DNA of 42,420 nt, taken from positions 1 to 42,420 of IMG/VR virus record IMGVR_UViG_3300033513_000023. One strand, written 5' to 3'. The stretch's first letter is position 1. Each line of letters starts with the position of its first letter. The DNA comes from a virus. Taxonomy: Duplodnaviria > Caudoviricetes. Below, piece after piece: positions 7,465 through 13,676 of this stretch. The notes under the pieces were generated by a model, which did not search any database, had not been told where the DNA came from, and worked only from the letters and a program-made list of their open reading frames with translations. Position numbers and translations under genes: made by a program.

Positions 7465-8418
7465 ATGAACAAATGCTTCTTTGGTGACTGCCGCGATTCA
7501 ATGAGAAAACTAATAAACGATGGCGTAAAAGTTCAAATGTGCGTTACATCACCACCTTACTTTGGACTGCGAGACTACGGACATGACGGGCAGCTAGGGC
7601 TGGAAGAAACTCCAGAGCAGTACATCGCAAACATGGTTGAAGTGTTCAGTCTAGTGCGCGAACTGCTTGCAGATGATGGTGTGCTATGGCTGAACATTGG
7701 GGATAGTTATGCGAGCTACCGAGATGGTAAAGCCACGCCAGATACAGCTCGCGGAGATAGCAATGGTACGCTGGTTCCAAAGGGTTGCGATCGTAACAGA
7801 ATGGCGTCCACATTCGCAGGAAGCGGTGTAAAACACAAAGACCTAATTGGGATACCTTGGATGCTTGCTTTTGCACTTCGCGCAGATGGATGGTATCTAC
7901 GACAAGACATAATTTGGAGCAAGCCTAACCCGATGCCAGAGAGCGTAACTGACCGTTGCACTAAGGCACACGAATATATATTTCTTTTGAGTAAATCGCG
8001 TAATTACTATTACGATAACGAGGCAATAAAAGAAGATTCTGAATGGGCTGGAGACCCAAGAGCGGGATATGGAAGATTGCACTATCGAGGAAAAAGAGAA
8101 GGACAAGATGGAACAGGACAAGAAAACTTTGTTCATATAACTGAAAAAAGGAACAAGCGTTCTGTATGGAGTGTAAATGTAAAGCCATATTCAGGAGCGC
8201 ATTTTGCAACTTATCCAGAGGAATTGATTGAGCCTTGTATTCTTGCCGGTTCAAAAGTTGGTGATATTGTTTTAGACCCGTTTTTAGGAAGCGGCACAAC
8301 CGGACAAGTTGCTCAGAATCTAGGAAGGAAGTGGATAGGATGCGAACTTAACCAAGAGTACGAAGAATTACAGAATAGAAGGACTGAACAAATGAGTTTT
8401 TCTCTTGAGATTGTTTGA
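7465..8418 (+). CDS. Beta-class N4-C/N6-A DNA methyltransferase (orphan)
   Basis: TSPPY catalytic motif near the N-terminus, DPFLGSGTT SAM motif near the C-terminus, HFATYPEELIEPCILAGS. Confidence 0.95.
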   Translation: MNKCFFGDCRDSMRKLINDGVKVQMCVTSPPYFGLRDYGHDGQLGLEETPEQYIANMVEVFSLVRELLADDGVLWLNIGDSYASYRDGKATPDTARGDSNGTLVPKGCDRNRMASTFAGSGVKHKDLIGIPWMLAFALRADGWYLRQDIIWSKPNPMPESVTDRCTKAHEYIFLLSKSRNYYYDNEAIKEDSEWAGDPRAGYGRLHYRGKREGQDGTGQENFVHITEKRNKRSVWSVNVKPYSGAHFATYPEELIEPCILAGSKVGDIVLDPFLGSGTTGQVAQNLGRKWIGCELNQEYEELQNRRTEQMSFSLEIV

Positions 8419-8421
8419 ACT

Positions 8422-8616
8422 ATGAAAACATGCTACTCCTGCCAATACAGCGCATCAGCAACAAAAGCTGTAGCAAAAGATGATGGTATGGTTGATTTAC
8501 TTGTGCCTATTTTAATCTGCGCCTAGGATGAAGATAACCTGCATGAGACTGTAAAGGTATGCGAGCTTTACGTTAGGTGCAGTTGGTGCAATGAGCCATG
8601 CGAACAATCAGAATAA
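8422..8616 (+). pseudogene. Cys-rich small gene interrupted by an in-frame TAG at 8524-8526
   Basis: MKTCYSCQY...LICA*DEDNLHETVKVCELYVRCSWCNEPCEQSE. Confidence 0.45.
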
Positions 8617-9026
8617 CTCCACAAAACCTCAAAACCGCACAGGACGCATTATCTAAGCTACCCTGCGACGGTAGTATGGAAATCATAATCCGAGAGTACA
8701 AGAAGCAGCGCAGACTTGAGGCTAACAGCTACTATTGGCTAAGACTTTCAGAGATTGCAGATCAGGCAAAGGTGCTAGAACAAAAGTACAGCGCCGAATC
8801 ATGGCATGAACTGTTGAAACAGATACTACTACCAGAAACCGAGCAGGAAGGCGTTACGCTTGCCGGATATGTGAAATGGATAGATGTGCCAAACGGAGGA
8901 CGTTCGCTTGTTGGCAGCACCTCAAAACTAACCGTAAGAGGGTTTAACGATTATGTGACACAAGTTGAGGCGTTTGCGGTGACTGAGTTGAATGTAAAAT
9001 TTACTAGCGAACGAGAAGAATTTTGA
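8598..9026 (+). CDS. ninB: NinB/Orf-like recombination protein
   Basis: RRLEANSYYWLRLSEIA, WHELLK, STSKLTVRGFNDYVTQVEAFA. Confidence 0.85.
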   Translation: MRTIRITPQNLKTAQDALSKLPCDGSMEIIIREYKKQRRLEANSYYWLRLSEIADQAKVLEQKYSAESWHELLKQILLPETEQEGVTLAGYVKWIDVPNGGRSLVGSTSKLTVRGFNDYVTQVEAFAVTELNVKFTSEREEF

Positions 9027-9182
9027 ATAAGTGCGAATCATGTAAGCAATGGAAGCATGACGAAAAAGACCGACAGGATGCAGGAATGGTTTTGCACAAC
9101 TATAAACCATGTACCCTAAAGCCTATTGGAAGTTACACGCATAAAACAGCTAAAGCATGTAATAAATACAAGGAGATTAAAA

Positions 9183-9461
9183 ATGAACAATGTAATTGAA
9201 TTTAGACAAATAAAAAATAAACAAACCGCAGAAGGAGAGGCTTTTTGTCTTGGATGCGGATTTAAATGGCAAGCACAAGCACTTGCTGGACAAACAAGAC
9301 TCCCTTGCCCAGAATGTAAGGCTTCAAAAGGAATATGGAAATTTGAGCATTCCCCATCTAAAGATCAACTAGTCAGACAATGTAACTGTGGTAATCAACT
9401 TTTCTATCTAACACCAGATGGCCATATGTGTGCTAATTGTGGGATATATCAAACATATTAA
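9183..9461 (+). CDS. Double zinc-ribbon protein
   Basis: CLGC, CPEC, CNC, CANC; aggagattaaaaATG. Confidence 0.75.
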   Translation: MNNVIEFRQIKNKQTAEGEAFCLGCGFKWQAQALAGQTRLPCPECKASKGIWKFEHSPSKDQLVRQCNCGNQLFYLTPDGHMCANCGIYQTY

Positions 9462-9503
9462 ATTGTTGAAAGTTATAGCATAAAACAGCGAAGTGTGAGA
9501 AAT

Positions 9504-10049
9504 ATGCTAAAGCCGCTTAAGCAAAAGAAGTGTAAGACTTGCGGAGTGAAATTCACGCCCTCCAAGCCACTACAAAGCCGCTGTAGCATCGAATGCGCCA
9601 TTGAGTATGCAAAGGTATCAAGAACAAAGAAAGACCTCGCAGAACTGCGTGTAGCGAAAGAAAGATTGAAAAGCCGTGGAGATTGGGCAAGAGAAGCACA
9701 AATCGCATTCAATGCGTACATCAGAGCAAGGGACGATGGAAAGCCGTGCATCTCTTGTGGAAGCCATACAGGAAAGAAGAATGCTGGACACTACCGATCA
9801 GTTGGAAGCTGCCCAGAACTCCGTTTTGAAGAGAGCCAAGTACACCTCCAATGCGAGAAGTGCAATTCGTACCTTTCAGGAAACCTCATCAATTACCGTA
9901 TCCAGCTTATTCAACGTGTCGGATTAGAGCGTGTGAACTGGATTGAAGGCCCGCATGAGCCTAAGAAATACACTGTTGACGACCTGAAAACCATTAAGCA
10001 AACCTATAAAGCCAAGCTCGCAGCATTGAAGAATTCAATAGTAGATTAA
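9504..10049 (+). CDS. ninG: NinG/Rap endonuclease
   Basis: KKCKTCG, AFNAYIRARD, CISCG, AGHYRSVG, HLQCEKCN. Confidence 0.93.
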   Translation: MLKPLKQKKCKTCGVKFTPSKPLQSRCSIECAIEYAKVSRTKKDLAELRVAKERLKSRGDWAREAQIAFNAYIRARDDGKPCISCGSHTGKKNAGHYRSVGSCPELRFEESQVHLQCEKCNSYLSGNLINYRIQLIQRVGLERVNWIEGPHEPKKYTVDDLKTIKQTYKAKLAALKNSIVD

Positions 10050-10060
10050 TCACAAATGTA

Positions 10061-10089
10061 TTGACACGCATACTGCAATAGTTCATTAT
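10061..10089 (+). promoter_or_regulatory. Putative sigma70 promoter
   Basis: TTGACA-17 nt-CATTAT. Confidence 0.6.
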
Positions 10090-10120
10090 TCAGCCATCGA
10101 AACGAACTAAGGAGAACAAA

Positions 10121-10237
10121 ATGATCATCCAAAATGAAAGCAATTTCGAAGTGTTTTTCCACGGTGAATTTATTGGTTTCTTCGAAACGTGGAAAGAAGC
10201 GACAATCGCGCTGAGAGATTTAGTTTGGGCTAATTAA
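10121..10237 (+). CDS. 38 aa hypothetical protein
   Basis: taaggaga RBS; MIIQNESNFEVFFHGEFIGFFETWKEA. Confidence 0.65.
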   Translation: MIIQNESNFEVFFHGEFIGFFETWKEATIALRDLVWAN

Positions 10238-10267
10238 TCCATCGAATAAACGAAACGGGAGATTGAA

Positions 10268-10417
10268 ATGTGCGATTCTAATTCTGCAGAACTTCAAAAT
10301 GTAATAGATCAGATAAATGAATTCATTCAAATAGCACAACATACTCAAATGCCTCCAGAATCGTTTGTGGAAATGCATGATTTGCTTGATGAAGAACTTG
10401 AAAAAGTTATTGCATAA
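10268..10417 (+). CDS. 49 aa acidic protein
   Basis: ggagattgaaATG; MCDSNSAELQNVIDQINEF. Confidence 0.6.
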   Translation: MCDSNSAELQNVIDQINEFIQIAQHTQMPPESFVEMHDLLDEELEKVIA

Positions 10418-10438
10418 GAACGAACGTTCTGCAATAAT
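10410..10438 (+). promoter_or_regulatory. Putative sigma70 promoter for module B
   Basis: TTGCAT-17 nt-AATAAT with TG extension. Confidence 0.55.
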
Positions 10439-10446
10439 GGGCTATC

Positions 10447-10568
10447 AGTGATTTGCCGTCACTAGTTGTGGTAATAGCCCAAAGGTTATTAGGTATGGAG
10501 GGAACTTCGGTTCCGGCGACCACAACCGCCACGGCAAACTCCATAACCTAAAGCTTTTGGGCTTTTTG
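10447..10568 (+). ncRNA. C4-like antisense/attenuator module B
   Basis: Stem starting AGCCCAAAGG and ending GGGCTTTTT; cUUCGg hairpin 10501-10514; ACCACAAC (10519-10526) and ACGGCAAA (10531-10538) are complementary to GTTGTGGT (10465-10472) and TTTGCCGT (10452-10459). Confidence 0.8.
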
Positions 10569-10579
10569 TTGTGCGCTGA

Positions 10580-10840
10580 TCGTACTCCGCACGATAGCAA
10601 GTGGAAGCCATACCAGCGTGGATAAATGTGGCAATTGCAGATAACTGCCGTCCCTCGACCAGCCGGGGATTGTTTGGTAGCCTGATCTAGCGCCAAACAC
10701 GAAACAGGTAAAGCCAAAAGTGACAAAGCGACTGACTAACGTAATTAGTACCTGATAAGCGTGAGAATGATTGCATCTACGGTTGCAGCAGATAGTGAAT
10801 CTAAGGGTAGGTCACTGGACGGCTGGAGTTATGTCTAAAA
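10580..10840 (+). ncRNA. Structured element copy B (unknown family)
   Basis: Motif order and spacing shared with 1565-1845; multiple hairpins; no convincing ORF. Confidence 0.65.
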
Positions 10841-10855
10841 CAAATGGAGATTAAA

Positions 10856-11041
10856 ATGGCAAAGGTAAAAATTACGTTCCTAGTTGTCAAAGAGTATGAG
10901 ATAAAGCCTGAGTATTATCCTGGTTGCTCTACGTTAGAGGAAATGATTGCTGTTGATGTTGCCAGCGCAAACGACGACCCCTATCTTACGATTGGAGATG
11001 ATTCTAATTGGTCAATTTCTGGCGAAATAATCGAACGGTAG
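10856..11041 (+). CDS. Hypothetical protein
   Basis: ggagattaaaATG. Confidence 0.65.
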   Translation: MAKVKITFLVVKEYEIKPEYYPGCSTLEEMIAVDVASANDDPYLTIGDDSNWSISGEIIER

Positions 11042-11049
11042 ATATTAAA

Positions 11050-11241
11050 ATGGATGATGTCGGAATCATGTCTGACGATGCAAGATTGCGTAAAGTGCGA
11101 GAATACTTGCCGGAAGGCTGGGTAATAGTACCAATCGAGCCGACGCAGATTCAACTTGATACGGCAGATGATTTAATTGATAAGAAGATTTGCACAGTTG
11201 GTGACATTTACAAAGCAATGATAAACGAGGCTCAAAAATGA
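11050..11241 (+). CDS. Hypothetical phage protein
   Basis: PEGWVIVPIEPT...YKAMI pattern common in Ea/Nin-region genes. Confidence 0.65.
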   Translation: MDDVGIMSDDARLRKVREYLPEGWVIVPIEPTQIQLDTADDLIDKKICTVGDIYKAMINEAQK

Positions 11242-11423
11242 ATAACGAATCTAAACTTGAAAACGGGCTTATTCCTAAATACACATCTTGCCCATATCGT
11301 TTTGAATGCGGCGACAATAACGGTAACTGCGCGCATAAAGGTGAAAATCACAATGTCACATTTTCATGTGCATTCGCTCGACTATTTGACCTTCTACATC
11401 AACATTGCGAGACTCAAAAATGA
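11238..11423 (+). CDS. Cys/His-rich small protein
   Basis: CPYRFEC..CAH..FSCAFAR; coupled. Confidence 0.6.
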   Translation: MNNESKLENGLIPKYTSCPYRFECGDNNGNCAHKGENHNVTFSCAFARLFDLLHQHCETQK

Positions 11424-11498
11424 GTACGCTTTCAATCTTAGCTATTTCATGGTGTTTTGCAGTATCAATCATCATTCTATTTGTTAGAGGTGCTAAAT

Positions 11499-11669
11499 AT
11501 GACTGAGCTTGACGACTACGCAGAGTCTCTAATCCAACTACAAAGCCTTACAAAATCACTAGAGCGCGCCATACTGCACGATAACAAGGAAGAAGCATTC
11601 AAGCTATCAATTGACATTGTTGACGCTTCTATCAAGCTGCAAAACTGGTGTTTCAGGAATATGGAGTAA
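11499..11669 (+). CDS. Hypothetical helical protein
   Basis: gaggtg RBS; MTELDDYAESLI. Confidence 0.6.
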   Translation: MTELDDYAESLIQLQSLTKSLERAILHDNKEEAFKLSIDIVDASIKLQNWCFRNME

Positions 11670-11836
11670 TGACAATGAAAGCGAACAAACAAATGCGCGC
11701 CGCAATTAAAGCAGGTAAAGAAGCAGAAAAACGAAATGAGAAAAAGAAGTGTTTCGCTTGTAATGGAAGCGGTTATTATGATTCCAGGAACAGCCCAAAA
11801 TGCTCCGCATGTAATGGAACAGGGCATGGAGTATAA
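11669..11836 (+). CDS. DnaJ-type zinc-finger mini-protein
   Basis: CFACNGSG...CSACNGTG. Confidence 0.7.
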   Translation: MTMKANKQMRAAIKAGKEAEKRNEKKKCFACNGSGYYDSRNSPKCSACNGTGHGV

Positions 11837-11837
11837 A

Positions 11838-12020
11838 ATGTCTGTAGATGACGATGCGACTCTTAGGGAAGAACAAGACAGGGAAATAGCTCTTAAATTC
11901 AGGAAGCCGCAATTACCGATCACTGGATTTTGCCATTGGTGTAGTGAAATGTGTAGGGGCGTATTTTGTTCTCCTGAATGCAGAGACGACCACAGTAAAA
12001 AAGAGAGATTTAACAGATAA
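11838..12020 (+). CDS. TraR/DksA-like C4 zinc-finger protein
   Basis: Acidic N-terminal helix MSVDDDATLREE followed by CHWC...FCSPEC. Confidence 0.6.
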   Translation: MSVDDDATLREEQDREIALKFRKPQLPITGFCHWCSEMCRGVFCSPECRDDHSKKERFNR

Positions 12021-12035
12021 GTTGTGATAGAATGT

Positions 12036-12138
12036 AGTTGTTGGTGTTAGTAGCTGCAAGCGCATGACGATGTGTAAAGAAGAGCCGCCCATATCGGGGC
12101 GAGGTTGCCAATATCGAATTTGGCCTACACCAACAACT
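12036..12138 (+). ncRNA. Second tRNA-like structured RNA
   Basis: ~14-bp closing stem agttgttggtgt.ag/ctacaccaacaact; T-arm GCCAA-TATCGAAT-TTGGC; extended -10 TGTGATAGAAT directly upstream. Confidence 0.5.
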
Positions 12139-12150
12139 TAAAGGATAAAT

Positions 12151-12420
12151 ATGAGACAGCAAATCGACGCAAAAGAGATCGCCCAAGTAACCGCCGCTCT
12201 AATGGTAAGTGAAGCAAAGAGCGCAGTTAAGTACTTGGACGCAAAAACCATAGTTCGTGCAACTTGGCACAACAAGCCAAGCTATAAGAACAAGCACGAA
12301 GAAATGGTGATTACAATCGGCCAGCCTAATTACCGAGAGCGCAAATTCATTGCCAAATGTGCATTGGAATGCGTTAAGCTGCCGACTAAGCCAGTGTTGA
12401 AGGATTGGCCTAAGAAGTAA
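12151..12420 (+). CDS. Hypothetical basic protein
   Basis: aagga RBS; clean 89 aa ORF. Confidence 0.7.
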   Translation: MRQQIDAKEIAQVTAALMVSEAKSAVKYLDAKTIVRATWHNKPSYKNKHEEMVITIGQPNYRERKFIAKCALECVKLPTKPVLKDWPKK

Positions 12421-12427
12421 AGAGCAT

Positions 12428-12503
12428 GTGAGTGTAGCTCAGTGGTAGAGCAGAGTCCCTTATAAGGCTTTGGTCGTACGTTCAAATCGTACTGCTCACA
12501 CCA
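12428..12503 (+). tRNA. tRNA-Ile(UAU) with an 8-nt anticodon loop
   Basis: Cloverleaf: GTGAGTG/TGCTCAC, D-arm GCTC/GAGC, stem GAGTC/GGCTT, loop CCTTATAA, T-loop TTCAAAT, encoded CCA. Confidence 0.85.
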
Positions 12504-12513
12504 AATAAATATA

Positions 12514-12591
12514 GGATATGTGGCGCAACTGGGAGACGCGGCGGATTTAAAATCCGCTAGGTTGATGGTTCGAATCCATCCATATCCACCA
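12514..12591 (+). tRNA. tRNA-Leu(UAA) with a short variable loop
   Basis: GGATATG/CATATCC, stem GCGGA/TCCGC, loop TT-TAA-AA, 6-nt variable region, TTCGAAT, ACCA. Confidence 0.9.
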
Positions 12592-12597
12592 ATTAAC

Positions 12598-12673
12598 GCG
12601 CTTATAGCTCAATGGATAGAGCAGCGGAGTTCTAACCCGATGGTTTCTAGTTCAAGTCTAGATGAGCGCACCA
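12598..12673 (+). tRNA. tRNA-Arg(UCU)
   Basis: GCGCTTA/TGAGCGC, D-loop with A20, loop GT-TCT-AA, weak stem GCGGA/CCCGA, TTCAAGT, ACCA. Confidence 0.88.
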
Positions 12674-12953
12674 AACAAACAGCGGAGATAATTATGGTTA
12701 ATTACTATTGGCGCAAAGATTTAAACGGATGGTGCAAAATTTACTTTGCCGATGGCACTAAAGGCGATTAATTAACAGCGGAGCGGACTCTCCTCCTAAC
12801 GGAAAAACAGAATAAGGCTAGTCGCTTATTGAAAGGCATAGCTCCTGAATGCAATCTCCGCTAACTTATCAAGATTGCACAAAGGCAACAAGGTGGCCGC
12901 TTAATATCAAACCTTGAAGCTATGCAATAGACTAATAACCAAAAGAGATTAAA

Positions 12954-13142
12954 ATGATTAATGAATATCAAATATCTATAAATGGTAAAACAAATGGACA
13001 TTTTGATATTTGGGCATGTCCAACGTGCGGAAAAACAGAGAGAGTTAATATTCCAACATATTACGTTCCTAATCTAGTTTGTAATTGTGCATTCCCAGAC
13101 CATGTAACACAAAAAATTAGGATTTCGAATGGAGTAATTTAA
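12954..13142 (+). CDS. Zinc-ribbon small protein
   Basis: CPTCG...CNC. Confidence 0.6.
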   Translation: MINEYQISINGKTNGHFDIWACPTCGKTERVNIPTYYVPNLVCNCAFPDHVTQKIRISNGVI

Positions 13143-13206
13143 AAAATTAAAAGGATATAATCATGCCATGTAAGACAAAGAAACCTAAACCACCTAAGAA
13201 ATAGAT

Positions 13207-13476
13207 ATGGCTGCAAGACTAAATCCACGGCATTCACAAGAGGTAAGGGATAAAATCCAAGCCTCTGTAATCATTGATAGGCTCCAAAAGCATGTTAATG
13301 GAGACCTAGAAATGACATCAACTCAAGTAAATGCAGCTAACTCATTGTTAGATAGGTCAGTTCCTAAACTGTCGCAAATTCAACACGTTGGAGATAATGA
13401 AAATCCAGTAGCTGTTAAGATAACGCATGGTATGGATAAAGACGCTGTAGAGTTGCTATCGAAGATACGCGGATAA
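13207..13476 (+). CDS. Probable terminase small subunit
   Basis: RDKIQASVIIDRLQKHV..MTSTQVNAANSLLDRSVPKL; upstream of terL. Confidence 0.65.
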   Translation: MAARLNPRHSQEVRDKIQASVIIDRLQKHVNGDLEMTSTQVNAANSLLDRSVPKLSQIQHVGDNENPVAVKITHGMDKDAVELLSKIRG

Positions 13477-13676
13477 TGGACAATCTAGAAAAAATAGAAG
13501 AAGCAATCAATAAGATATATGGTCATCTTGCAATCACAAGAGAGCGAGAAAGTGAATTGTTCGCTATTGGATACGCCAAAGGCAAAGAGGATGGTTATAA
13601 ATCAGGTTTCAATGCTGGATTCTCTGAGGGATTTGAGGAAGGCAAACAATTTCCTAACGTAAGAGATGGAGCTTAA
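13476..13676 (+). CDS. Hypothetical protein with GxxxG repeats
   Basis: GYAKGKEDGYKSGFNAGFSEGFEEG. Confidence 0.6.
   Translation: MDNLEKIEEAINKIYGHLAITRERESELFAIGYAKGKEDGYKSGFNAGFSEGFEEGKQFPNVRDGA

Noticed and set aside
10445-10726. 93 aa minus-strand ORF
   Set aside because: Antisense to the local transcription direction and coincident with RNA module B
12598-12673. Amber suppressor tRNA (CTA appears in the loop region) and TAG recoding
   Set aside because: The cloverleaf register puts TCT at 34-36 with the Arg A20 determinant; several genes end at TAG with the next gene starting right after
12520-12693. N-terminal part of the 83 aa ORF 12520-12771
   Set aside because: Runs through tRNA-Leu and tRNA-Arg; only the last 25 codons have an RBS
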